NCBI GenBank assembly: GCA_029939635.1
Contig: JAOZSN010000004.1
Span: 1 to 37,496 of the forward strand
Source of the DNA: Deltaproteobacteria bacterium
GTDB lineage: Bacteria; Desulfobacterota; Desulfobulbia; Desulfobulbales; SURF-16
Direction: 5' to 3'
DNA: 37,496 nt
The notes beneath the pieces were generated by a model. That model saw only the letters and a program-made list of their open reading frames with translations, was not told the DNA's origin and did no database searches. The first letter of the stretch is position 1. Every line of letters begins with the position of its first letter. This document shows, in pieces, positions 1 through 9,703 of the stretch. A program made the translations under genes and the position numbers.

Positions 1-3000
1 TCTTCAATTTAGAGCCGTCTTGTCCCCGTGCGTTAATTCCCGGGCTGTAGACACCAGCAAGATCAAAGGCAAGAGTAGGGTCATTGTGCCGAGGAACCAA
101 CAGCTCATATTGCCGCACTGCATGAAAATATTCACGACGTTGTACAGCCCTCCTGGCCGTATGCTCACGCCTGATGGCCTGTTGCCAACGAAAAGAACTG
201 CTAAAACCACTACTGATACTATTCACATCGTCACTCTCCTCTCCAAGCACAAAGGCCGGTTCAAGAACACGCTGCAAAACGTTGTCTTCAGCACTGCCTG
301 TCAACGGCACAATACGCACCCAAACACTTTTTTGCGGTGCAACAGGGAGAGGAATATTCCGTTCAGCACAGTTGGCAACAAAAGGTTTGACCACAGCAGG
401 GACGAGAATATCATCATATGCCTGCAGAGCAGCAGACCACTTATTCATGCCCCATAATAACCGAGCCTGCAGTACATTGTGCTCCATATCACCAACTGAC
501 ACCTGCCCCAGCAGATCAAGGCCATCACCATATCTTCCCTGGGCCAGGGCCAAGCGTACCCCCAGACGAGCAACTATACTTTCCCCACCATGATCATGGG
601 CCAGCTCCCTGTGCCTGGAAGCGGCCTCATCATACTCTCCGTTTTTTTCCAAGGCCTGGATGAGCAAAAGTCGAAAACCAAAAGAGTCAGGCACCTTTTT
701 CACCAAGGCACGGGCAGCCTGGCTTGCCAGGCCATACAAACCAGCCTGGCCACTGGCTGAAAAAAGATCAAGAAGCAGGCCGGCATCCGAGGAAGCAAAC
801 GCAACGGCCTCCTCACCTGTCTGCAGGGCAAGAGGCCTTTCTCCCACCTTCTCGTAAAGATAGACAAGCTCAATATAGGCAGAAGCATGATAGCGATCCG
901 CAGCAATAAGCTGGAGGAGAATTTCGCGACTCACCTCCATATCACCATGACTCAAATGAGCCCGGGCTATCTGCACAAGAATTTCACGACGTGTCCCTTC
1001 CGTGACATCACTGGCCAGCAACTCAGCCCCCAGCTCAAGCACATCTTCTCCCTGATCATAACCATTAAGGATACGTAATTCATATAGAGACAAGGCGTGA
1101 CCACCTGTGTCCATACCAGACAACCAGCCCTCAGCCGCCTGAATATTATGCTGATTAAGCATGAGATCTGCCAGGGCAAACCGTACGGAATCTTCTCGCC
1201 GTTCGCTCCAGGCCAGACGAAGCTGTTCTTCTGCTTCATAGGGGAGCTCAAAACGACTATACAAGGCTGCGGCATCAAGTCTGGCCTGAAAGGCCACCTC
1301 GCTGCTATCCTGCCACAAAGCCTCATAGAGGCCCATGGCTCCAGTCATATCCCCAACAGCGGCCAGGGCACCAGCAATACGCAAAGAAACATGGGCATCA
1401 TGATGCTGCCCTAACATCGTAATTTGTTGCCGCACCACAGCAAGCTGTCCCATCTTACCGGCAGCCTCAAGCAGATGCAGACGCACCTCGTCAGAACTAC
1501 CCTGCCCCACGGCCTCCAGTAAATCTGTGTAGGCGTGACTATACCGCCCAAAACGCAGGAAAATATGACCGCGTCTGGCCAATAATGGGGCAGAAAAAAG
1601 TTCCCGTCCAACAAAGGGATGAAACACCTGCCACGCCTCATCATCATGCCCCCCTGCCATCAAGGCCTGCACCAGCAATAGAGATGTCTCCACCTTATCC
1701 GGACTGAGAAGGTGGAGCTGCTGCAACATCTCAAGACGTTCTTGCTGACGGCCAAACTCTGCAAGCAGGACAATAGCAGCCATACGGCTTTCCACATCAT
1801 AAGGATCTCGTCCGGCAATACGCAACCAATAGTCCAAGGCCTTTTCATCCTGGCCCTGGCGAGCATGTAATCTGGCCAGGGGAAGCAAAAAGCTACTAGG
1901 CTTTGCCTCCTCAAGAATCTGATAATGGTGAATGGCAAGATCATATAACCCGGCATCTTGAAAGGTTTCAGCTGCCAGGAGACGAATCTCAGGTGACGGC
2001 TGCTCCACCAAGCTCAAATAATGCTGGTATGTCGCACTGGCCTTGTGCAGTTCATTTTCATGACGATAGCAGGTAGCTAGCATAAGAAGTATCTGAGGAT
2101 CGTCAGGAAACAGTGCTGCGTACTGCTTGAAAAAAACTTTTGCTTGCCTATATTTTTTCGCCCGAAAAGAAACCAGACCAATTTGCCTGGCCACCTGGAC
2201 ATCAGCAGAATCTTTCTGCAACAACTGGTACAAATGAGGCAAGGCCTCATTTTCTCGACCCAGGGCCATATAATTGCTGGCCAAAAACCTATGCGCCTCA
2301 CCATGGCTCGAATCAAGCTCTAAGAGCTGCTGCCAATATTCAGCAGCCAGCAAATCCATCTCCAGACGCATGTGCAATCGGGCAATGGCTTGCAACAGGG
2401 ACGGGTTCGACTCTGTTGCAAGACTGGTGGCTAAGGGCTGGGCCTGTTGATCCTTGCCCTGCTCAATATAGAGAAAAAAGAGTTGTTCACGAATGGCACA
2501 GTCATCGGGCCGGAGATGGTGCAGAGTCTCAAGAACAGACAATGCCTCCTGCCGTCTGCCCACGGCAATCAAGGAATGATAAACATCTTGACCATGTAAA
2601 AAAGAACGACTGCCAGCCTGCCAACCAGGGGCAAGAAGTTCAATGGCCCGCTCTGGTCGCGCAGTACGAGCCATGAGGGATCCAAGAGCCCGACGATACC
2701 GTTCATTGTCAGCATTCAGCTCCAGGAGAATCTCTATGCTCTGTTCAGCCTCCCCCCATCTTTCCAACTGCAAGAGAACTTGCGCATATTCCCAGCGAGC
2801 CTGCACTAAAGTTGGATAACGACGAAGCAAAGCCAGATAATGAATACGCCCCTGTTCATAATTTGTAGCCAACACCTCTTCCCTGGCCAATACCCACTGA
2901 CGAGCCCAGCCATCTTCTCCCTGGCCAGCCACAATAACGACGTGCATCTCCGCACTCTCGTCGGCAAGACAGGGAAGCCACAAAAAACAGAGAATAAAAA

Positions 3001-3061
3001 AAATTTGCAGCCCAGCACCCAGCACCCTTGCTGGCTGGTATTTTCGTCCACATAGCAGCAT
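1..3061 (-). CDS. Large exported tetratricopeptide-repeat protein, >=1020 aa, 3' end outside window
   Basis: Manual translation from ATG 3061: MLLCGRKYQPARVLGAGLQIFFILCFLWLPCLADES (signal peptide-like), then TPR-like helices (ARWEYAQVLLQLERWGEAEQSIEILLELNADN; AHRFLASNYMALGRENEALPHLYQLLQKDS). The same frame is open at the left edge (..AVRQYELLVPRHNDPTLAFDLAGVYS..). The ORF track lists no ORF in this frame, consistent with no stop. Exact start uncertain. Confidence 0.85.
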   Translation of the reverse strand, partial: MLLCGRKYQPARVLGAGLQIFFILCFLWLPCLADESAEMHVVIVAGQGEDGWARQWVLAREEVLATNYEQGRIHYLALLRRYPTLVQARWEYAQVLLQLERWGEAEQSIEILLELNADNERYRRALGSLMARTARPERAIELLAPGWQAGSRSFLHGQDVYHSLIAVGRRQEALSVLETLHHLRPDDCAIREQLFFLYIEQGKDQQAQPLATSLATESNPSLLQAIARLHMRLEMDLLAAEYWQQLLELDSSHGEAHRFLASNYMALGRENEALPHLYQLLQKDSADVQVARQIGLVSFRAKKYRQAKVFFKQYAALFPDDPQILLMLATCYRHENELHKASATYQHYLSLVEQPSPEIRLLAAETFQDAGLYDLAIHHYQILEEAKPSSFLLPLARLHARQGQDEKALDYWLRIAGRDPYDVESRMAAIVLLAEFGRQQERLEMLQQLHLLSPDKVETSLLLVQALMAGGHDDEAWQVFHPFVGRELFSAPLLARRGHIFLRFGRYSHAYTDLLEAVGQGSSDEVRLHLLEAAGKMGQLAVVRQQITMLGQHHDAHVSLRIAGALAAVGDMTGAMGLYEALWQDSSEVAFQARLDAAALYSRFELPYEAEEQLRLAWSERREDSVRFALADLMLNQHNIQAAEGWLSGMDTGGHALSLYELRILNGYDQGEDVLELGAELLASDVTEGTRREILVQIARAHLSHGDMEVSREILLQLIAADRYHASAYIELVYLYEKVGERPLALQTGEEAVAFASSDAGLLLDLFSASGQAGLYGLASQAARALVKKVPDSFGFRLLLIQALEKNGEYDEAASRHRELAHDHGGESIVARLGVRLALAQGRYGDGLDLLGQVSVGDMEHNVLQARLLWGMNKWSAALQAYDDILVPAVVKPFVANCAERNIPLPVAPQKSVWVRIVPLTGSAEDNVLQRVLEPAFVLGEESDDVNSISSGFSSSFRWQQAIRREHTARRAVQRREYFHAVRQYELLVPRHNDPTLAFDLAGVYSPGINARGQDGSKLK

Positions 3062-3063
3062 AT

Positions 3064-3093
3064 AAATAAAAAAGGAGGGAAAATCCCCCCTTT
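3064..3093 (-). terminator. Intrinsic terminator-like hairpin downstream of rpoH
   Basis: Minus strand AAAGGGGGGA-TTT-TCCCTCCTTT followed by TTTATTT. Confidence 0.55.
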
Positions 3094-3148
3094 GCACTCA
3101 CTCACCTTATTTTAAACACACATAGTCGGCCAACGACACTCCACGAGC

Positions 3149-4120
3149 TTACCCCTTCCCGCCCCACTGCCCAAAAACCTGATCAAGAAAATTATGAATA
3201 TCCGGCACTTCCTGCTCCAGATATTTTTTCATTTTTTTCAGCAGATTTGCCTCAATCTGCCGCACCCGTTCTCGTGATATGCCAAATTGGTCAGCAATAT
3301 CCTGTAGGGTCAGTGGTTCATCACTGAGAAGACGAGCAGCGAGAATGGTTTGTTCCTTTTCATTAAGGGTATCGTGGAGTTTGGCCAAAAGTTCAGCCAT
3401 CCTCTCACGCACCTCCATATCAGCCACCTTCTGCTCAACAGAGGGCCCTTCATCTGGCAGAAAATTCTTCTGCTCATCATCGGAGTCTTCCCGCACCGGA
3501 CTCTCTAAAGAGACATCCCAATTATCCATACGCTGGCTCATCTCAATAACTTCCGTCTCCTTGACATTGAGACGCTCAGCCAACAGCTTTACATCCGGCT
3601 TAAAACCTTGAGACTCCAACAATTTCCTTTCTTTATTAAGACTAAAAAAGAGTTTTCGTTGGGCCTGGGTGGTGCCAATTTTAACGAGACGCCAATTATC
3701 CATGATAAACTTTAGGATATAGGCCCTGATCCAATAGGCAGCATAATAGGAAAATTTAACCCCACGATATGGGTCAAACTTTTTTACTGCCTGCACCAGA
3801 CCAACATTACCCTCTTGAATAAGATCCAAGAAATTCTGCATCCAGTATTTCTGAAAATCCATAGCAACCTTAACCACCAAGCGCAAATTTGCCGTAACAA
3901 GACGATAGGCAGCGTCAGGATCACCATCCTCTTTAAACTGCTTGGCAAGGGCATCAGTTTCTTCCCTGGTCATGAGGGAATGCTGACTAATCTCCTGCAA
4001 ATAGCGCTGCAGACCTGTCTGGCCCACCGTGGGCAAATGGGGGTCATCAGGCAGGGTCACTAGGGCATGGAGATTTTCAGGGGAAGCTGATTTCCCTTTT
4101 TTTTGCTTCTTTTTCGTCAT
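3149..4120 (-). CDS. rpoH: RNA polymerase sigma-32 (RpoH-type) factor
   Basis: Region 2 DLIQEGNVGLVQAVKKFDPYRGVKFSYYAAYWIRA, RpoH-box-like QRKLFFSL, region 4 TLQDIADQFGISRERVRQIE. Confidence 0.9.
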   Translation of the reverse strand: MTKKKQKKGKSASPENLHALVTLPDDPHLPTVGQTGLQRYLQEISQHSLMTREETDALAKQFKEDGDPDAAYRLVTANLRLVVKVAMDFQKYWMQNFLDLIQEGNVGLVQAVKKFDPYRGVKFSYYAAYWIRAYILKFIMDNWRLVKIGTTQAQRKLFFSLNKERKLLESQGFKPDVKLLAERLNVKETEVIEMSQRMDNWDVSLESPVREDSDDEQKNFLPDEGPSVEQKVADMEVRERMAELLAKLHDTLNEKEQTILAARLLSDEPLTLQDIADQFGISRERVRQIEANLLKKMKKYLEQEVPDIHNFLDQVFGQWGGKG

Positions 4121-4260
4121 ATTGCTTTTTTCTATTGAGGATAAACGGGACCAACAACAAGACCGGACATAGCCATATTATCAGCGGAACTCCATATAAT
4201 ACCACCAAGAGAGCCAAATTGCGCTGTTTTTGTTCCTTATTTCTGCACTACAAAGACTAA

Positions 4261-6210
4261 TCACCCCTCGGTGTCCCCATTCCGCCCGGCCAGATAACGA
4301 TTCAAAATCCCTATCAACATCTCCATCTCCACAGGCTTGGCAAGATGGTCATCCATGCCTGCGGCAAAACAACGCTGCCTATCTTCCTCACGGGTATTGG
4401 CAGTCATGGCCACGATGGGAATCTTCGTGCAGCAAGAAAGTTGACGTAATTGCCGGGCTGTCTCATAGCCATCCATCACCGGCATCTGCAAGTCCATAAG
4501 AATAAGATCATAGGCCTGCCCCTGAACCTTGGCCAAGGCTTCAACGCCGTTGGCAGCAATACCCACCTCTGCCCCCAGCACCTCCAACATGGCCTTAGCC
4601 ACCTGCTGATTAATACGATTATCCTCCACCACTAAAATCTTCGCCCCCTCAACACAGTCAGACAAGTTCCTATCAATTGAAACAGTCTGCGTATCCACGT
4701 GCGCATCTCGCCCCTCTTCCAACCAGATAGTAAAAGAGAAGAGACTTCCTTGCCCAGGCTCGCTCTTCACCCGAATATCACCACCCATCATATTTACCAA
4801 CCACCGACAGATGGACAAACCCAGCCCTGTTCCCCCATAAATGCGGGTTATAGAGCCATCGGCCTGGGCAAAGGGGGCAAAAATATGATCGAGACGGTCA
4901 GGGTCAATCCCCACCCCGGTATCACCAACCTCAAAGAGAAGCTGCCAACGGCTACCCTGATGGCGAACTGAAGAAATCGCAACATGCACCTCACCACGCT
5001 CTGTAAACTTAACACCATTGCCGACCAAATTCATTAACACCTGCTTAAGGCGTAAACCATCACCCCAGAGCCCATTAGGAATAGTATCAGCTGTGCTAAA
5101 AACCAACTCAACGCCTTTCTTTTCGGCCTGTAAAGCAAACATGGCGGAGATGTTGCCAGTAATCTCACTTAAAAAAAATACGTCTTCATCAAGCTCCAAC
5201 CTGCCAGCCTCAATTTTGGCAAAATCAAGAATATCATTGATAATATCCAGCAAAGTACGGGATGCATCCTTGATGGTCAGCAAATGAGACTGCAAAGGTG
5301 TAGGTAAATCCTGATGTAAAGAGAGATCGGCCAGGCCAATAATGGCATTCAAAGGAGTACGAATCTCATGGCTCATATTAGCCAAGAATTCCCCCTTACT
5401 GCGATTAGCATCTTCCGCCTCTTCTTTGGCCTCTTCCAGACTCCTGGTGCGTTCAAGAACCTGCTCTTCCAACACTGCCTGTTGATGGGCTAATTTTTTC
5501 TCCCGGTCACGGATGACCGTGAGCATTTCATTAAAACCATCAACCAGCTCACCAACCTCATCATTGCCCTGCTTTTCAACCGAAAAATCATAATGTTCAA
5601 AATTTACCTGACGTATGACCCGAGCCATTTCAAGAATAGGGCCAGTGACCAGATCCCGCACCCGCACCGACAAACCCCAAACCAGCAACAGAGCAGCGGC
5701 ACCCACAGCAAAAGAAACTACACAAAAGCGCAACAGCCGGATATAGAGCCAATCCAAATTGGTTTGCACAAAAACATAGCCAATAACCTGCTGCTCAAAA
5801 CTAATAGTCCTGAACACTTCAAGCTGACGCAGGCCCATACGACTCAACTGATTACGAGGAGTGGGGAGAGAAAGGAGGTTATCAGTAGCAGAACGGCCAT
5901 AGGTGGCAAAGACACGACCACCCACATCATAAATGGCCGCTCTAACAACCGTCTCATCAACAGCTAGCACGGACAACACCTCAACAGCGGCATCACGATC
6001 AAAGAACTGCAGAGCTGCGGTGCTATTATTAGCCACCATCTCAGCCTGGATTTCATGGGTGCGCAGGGCAAGTTCACGGCTATTGCGCCAATCATAGCCC
6101 ACCAGCACCAAGCCAAAAAGGACAATACCGCTGAGACTGGCCACCATGGCCACCAAAGTCACCTTGTTCTTGATGGAGGTGTCTCGCAGGACATGACGGA
6201 TACTATTCAT
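4261..6210 (-). CDS. Hybrid sensor histidine kinase (YfiN-like periplasmic sensor, HAMP, HisKA, HATPase, receiver)
   Basis: Two TM segments, HAMP ([15 protein letters not shown]), [24 protein letters not shown], receiver [13 protein letters not shown]. Start placed at ATG 6210, overlapping the upstream stop (ATGAATAG). Confidence 0.9.
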   Translation of the reverse strand: MNSIRHVLRDTSIKNKVTLVAMVASLSGIVLFGLVLVGYDWRNSRELALRTHEIQAEMVANNSTAALQFFDRDAAVEVLSVLAVDETVVRAAIYDVGGRVFATYGRSATDNLLSLPTPRNQLSRMGLRQLEVFRTISFEQQVIGYVFVQTNLDWLYIRLLRFCVVSFAVGAAALLLVWGLSVRVRDLVTGPILEMARVIRQVNFEHYDFSVEKQGNDEVGELVDGFNEMLTVIRDREKKLAHQQAVLEEQVLERTRSLEEAKEEAEDANRSKGEFLANMSHEIRTPLNAIIGLADLSLHQDLPTPLQSHLLTIKDASRTLLDIINDILDFAKIEAGRLELDEDVFFLSEITGNISAMFALQAEKKGVELVFSTADTIPNGLWGDGLRLKQVLMNLVGNGVKFTERGEVHVAISSVRHQGSRWQLLFEVGDTGVGIDPDRLDHIFAPFAQADGSITRIYGGTGLGLSICRWLVNMMGGDIRVKSEPGQGSLFSFTIWLEEGRDAHVDTQTVSIDRNLSDCVEGAKILVVEDNRINQQVAKAMLEVLGAEVGIAANGVEALAKVQGQAYDLILMDLQMPVMDGYETARQLRQLSCCTKIPIVAMTANTREEDRQRCFAAGMDDHLAKPVEMEMLIGILNRYLAGRNGDTEG

Positions 6211-6763
6211 GGGCTGACCCTGCTCCAGCAGTGACAATGCGCGAGGCGAGACGGAGCAGTTTGGAACTTATCTTAAATCCCTTCTTTTCCGCCTGGGCAA
6301 GGTTAACCAGAAGCTCGAGCTTATTACCGTGACGAACAATGGCCATATGCCCCCCTGCCTCGACAAAGGCAGCTTTTTCGCCCACCAATAGGACAGGTAA
6401 TTGAGCAGCCTGGTCAATAAGGTGCAGGATGGTTTTGGCATCTGTGGCCGCCACAAACACAAGATCGGCCTGAGCCACATCCGCAAACTGTGTTCCTGAA
6501 ATGACATAGAGCTGGTGACTCCCCTTGACCTCTTTCCCAGCCACGACAGCCTCAATAACCTCAGCCTCGGCTGGTGTTGAGACAATCCCCAGCACCACAT
6601 CATCCTGGATAGGGGTGGGCCATTGCACAAAACTAAAAAAATTATAGAGAAATCCTGCTTTGAGGCGAGCATCCACCGGCACAGCCTCATTACCATAGGC
6701 AACAGGCAGTCCTATCCACAAGCAAACGAGCAAGAGCAGAAAGGTGGTGAGGCGCGGGAACAT
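6203..6763 (-). CDS. YfiR/HmsC-family (DUF4154) periplasmic protein
   Basis: Signal peptide, [16 protein letters not shown] and C-terminal [21 protein letters not shown], typical of the YfiR family. Confidence 0.85.
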   Translation of the reverse strand: MFPRLTTFLLLLVCLWIGLPVAYGNEAVPVDARLKAGFLYNFFSFVQWPTPIQDDVVLGIVSTPAEAEVIEAVVAGKEVKGSHQLYVISGTQFADVAQADLVFVAATDAKTILHLIDQAAQLPVLLVGEKAAFVEAGGHMAIVRHGNKLELLVNLAQAEKKGFKISSKLLRLASRIVTAGAGSAHE

Positions 6764-6996
6764 GGGTGAAAAACCTTAAGAAGAAGAATAAAACATAATG
6801 GAAAATATGGTGAAGGAAAATGAGCTAAACAAAACTTTATAAATTACCTAAACTTTTTTGTCGCTACAAGGAAAATTATCTCTTTGTATCAACAAAACAA
6901 GGTGTTTTGGCCAGCAGCACCATACGATAAAAATACATCGGAGTAACAGGATTATATCATTTTCAGGCAATTCCTCCGCAAATTTTACGTTTCATA

Positions 6997-7025
6997 TTGA
7001 CGTAGGAAGAAATACCCGGTTAAAT
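6997..7025 (+). promoter_or_regulatory. Putative sigma70 promoter for waaA
   Basis: TTGACG-17 nt-TTAAAT, about 50 nt upstream of the start. Confidence 0.35.
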
Positions 7026-7075
7026 AGGCTGGTTTTGCCTTGCAAATTTCACACTATAGATATTCTACATAATCA

Positions 7076-8353
7076 TTGCTTTTAATATTGTATAAAATCC
7101 TGACGGGAGCGGCTTACCTTCTTGTTTTCCCGCTTTTTTCTGCCTTCAGCCGTCTCACAGGATACCAAAGAAAAACCATTGCCGGGCGGCAAGGACTCTA
7201 TAATTTTAGTCTACCCACCAACAGCATCCGGATCTGGCTGCACGGTGCCTCGGTTGGCGAAATTCAGGTCATCCGCGCCATCCTGCCCCATTTGCGGGAA
7301 CTACTGCCCAATGCTCTCTTTCTGGTCTCCACCATGACGGAACAGGGCCACAAGGTAGCCACAAAACAACTAGCTGGCGAGGCGATCTGCTTTTATGCCC
7401 CCCTGGATGCACCAGGCCCGGTACGAAAAGCACTTGCTGCTATTAAACCAGACATTTATGTTGCCGTTGAAACGGAGTTATGGCCCACCCTCCTCTTTGC
7501 GGCCCATGCAAAAAAAATACGACTACTGCTGGTCAATGGCCGACTTTCAGCCCGCTCCAGCCACCGTTACAAAAAAATACCTGGCTTAATCCAGCCCCTA
7601 CTGGCGCTGTTCACGTCCATCACCTGCATCAGCGAAAAGGATAGATGCCGCTACCAAGAGCTTTCCAGTCGGGCAGACATTCAACGTAGCGGTAATGCCA
7701 AGTATGACCTGCAGCCAGCGGGAGAACCAGCAGATCTGGAGCGCCTGTATCGCCACAAGATTGGATTGGACGATAAACAACCCCTGCTAGTGTTAGGTTC
7801 CACCCATGGTAATGAGGAGGAACAATTTCTACAGCAGTTGTCTCTACTTCAGCAGAATATCAAGGGACTGGTGACAATAATCGCTCCCCGCCACCTGCAG
7901 AGGGTGACTGAGGTAAGTGATCTCTGCAAGAAAATGGAAATCCCCTTTAGCCTCTATTCCCGGGTAGAGGGGAGAACGAAAGCAGTTATCATCCTCGACA
8001 CTATGGGTGAACTAGCCGCCATATACGCTGCAGCTACCTATATATTCTGCGGCGGTAGCCTGGTAAATAAGGGTGGCCATAATATTTTTGAAGGGGCTAT
8101 TATGGCTAAACCCATTTTTTATGGCCCCTATATGGATGATTTTCGGGACGCCTGCACACTCCTGGAGCCGGGGGGCGGCACCATTCAGGTGAATAATTGC
8201 CAGCAATGTGTTACAGAGATCATCCGCCTCCATGGCAACCAGCAACACTATGCAAAAATGGCTGAGGCTAATCGTGTTATTGCCTTGACCCAGCAGGGTG
8301 CAGCCCGGCGCCAAGCAGAAATAATTTTTAACAGCATGAAAATAAAGGAGTAA
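7076..8353 (+). CDS. waaA: 3-deoxy-D-manno-octulosonic acid (Kdo) transferase
   Basis: IWLHGASVGE, VETELWP, LVNGRLS, GNAKYD, GSTHGNEE, IAPRH, GGSLVNKGGHN motifs. Confidence 0.95.
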   Translation: MLLILYKILTGAAYLLVFPLFSAFSRLTGYQRKTIAGRQGLYNFSLPTNSIRIWLHGASVGEIQVIRAILPHLRELLPNALFLVSTMTEQGHKVATKQLAGEAICFYAPLDAPGPVRKALAAIKPDIYVAVETELWPTLLFAAHAKKIRLLLVNGRLSARSSHRYKKIPGLIQPLLALFTSITCISEKDRCRYQELSSRADIQRSGNAKYDLQPAGEPADLERLYRHKIGLDDKQPLLVLGSTHGNEEEQFLQQLSLLQQNIKGLVTIIAPRHLQRVTEVSDLCKKMEIPFSLYSRVEGRTKAVIILDTMGELAAIYAAATYIFCGGSLVNKGGHNIFEGAIMAKPIFYGPYMDDFRDACTLLEPGGGTIQVNNCQQCVTEIIRLHGNQQHYAKMAEANRVIALTQQGAARRQAEIIFNSMKIKE

Positions 8354-8468
8354 TAGAAGGTACAAAACATAGAAATGCGGAATGTATATTAATAATAAAA
8401 TTCGTCCACCTTTCTTTACTTTCTTTAACTTCTCTACATTCTCTAACTTCTACTTTAGAATATATTAT

Positions 8469-9581
8469 ATGAAAGCACTCATTGCCCTGGAAGATGGGGC
8501 CATTTTTGAAGGAGAATCCTTCACCGGAGCTGGTGAGACCAGCGGCGAAATCGTCTTTAATACCGGCATGAGCGGGTATCAAGAGGTCTTAACAGACCCC
8601 TCCTACACAGGCCAGATCGTCACCATGACCTACCCTCTTATTGGCAACTATGGGGTTAATGAAGAAGACAACGAATCAGACCGCATCCAGGTTGAGGCCT
8701 TTATCGTTAAAGAGTATAATGCCATCCCCTGCAACTACCGGGCAACAGGTTCCTTAGCGGATTTCTTAAAGAAAGAAAATATCCTGGGCATTGAAGGTGT
8801 CGACACAAGAGCCTTAACCCGCCATATTCGTGTAGCCGGTGCCCTGCGTGGCATTATCTCCACCAAAGATCTTGACCCCGACTCCCTGGTGGCCAAGGCC
8901 AAGGCCTCGCCAGGATTAGTAGGACGTGACCTGGTCAAGGAAGTAACCTGTAAAGAACCATACGGTTGGACAATAAAAGGCCCTGTGGCTGGCAATAATT
9001 TTTCCAGCTGTGATCCAGGCAAACACAAGATTGTCTGCTTTGATCTAGGCCTCAAGTATAATCAACTACGCCTGCTAGCTGAGCGTGACTGTGCCGTGCA
9101 GGTTGTTCCGGCTACTACTTCAGCCGAGGAAGTCATGGCCATGAATCCTGATGGCATCTTCCTCTCCAACGGCCCAGGTGATCCAGCCGGGGTAGAGGGG
9201 GTTATTGAGACAATCCGCGCCCTGCTGCCAGAGAAACCAGTATTTGGCATCTGCCTCGGTCATCAAATCCTTGGCCTGGCCTATGGTGGCACAACCTACA
9301 AACTTAAATTTGGTCATCGTGGTGCCAACCAACCGGTAAAAGATTTACTCACTGGCAAGGTGGAAGTTACCTCCCAAAACCACGGTTTCTGTGTGGACCT
9401 GGACAGCCTGCCCGCCGACGAGGTAGAACTTACCCATGTTAATCTTAACGATAATAGCCTGGAGGGCATGCGCCATAAAAAGTTTAATGCCTTTTCAGTC
9501 CAGCATCATCCGGAAAACGCCCCAGGCCCTCACGACTCAATTTATTTATTTGATCGTTTTATTGAAACAATGGACGAATAA
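8469..9581 (+). CDS. carA: Carbamoyl-phosphate synthase small subunit
   Basis: GEIVFNTGMSGYQEVLTDPSY, LSNGPGDP, GICLGHQ, QHHPE. Start at MKALIALEDG (8469). Confidence 0.97.
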   Translation: MKALIALEDGAIFEGESFTGAGETSGEIVFNTGMSGYQEVLTDPSYTGQIVTMTYPLIGNYGVNEEDNESDRIQVEAFIVKEYNAIPCNYRATGSLADFLKKENILGIEGVDTRALTRHIRVAGALRGIISTKDLDPDSLVAKAKASPGLVGRDLVKEVTCKEPYGWTIKGPVAGNNFSSCDPGKHKIVCFDLGLKYNQLRLLAERDCAVQVVPATTSAEEVMAMNPDGIFLSNGPGDPAGVEGVIETIRALLPEKPVFGICLGHQILGLAYGGTTYKLKFGHRGANQPVKDLLTGKVEVTSQNHGFCVDLDSLPADEVELTHVNLNDNSLEGMRHKKFNAFSVQHHPENAPGPHDSIYLFDRFIETMDE

Positions 9582-9703
9582 AACCGAACCGCAGGTAAGC
9601 GCAAACTCCGATGATGAAGTTTTTTTACTTCTACGGTTCGTAATTCCTTATTCGATATTCGATATTCTCTTTTCAACAGCTTTTCATCTGACTCCTAAAA
9701 AAC

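Noticed and set aside
20-3105. Many short ORFs on both strands in the track
   Set aside because: Shadows of the single long minus-strand TPR frame.
8382-8468. N-terminal extension of carA given in the track
   Set aside because: Low-complexity Phe-rich translation of a repeat; homology starts at MKALIALEDG.
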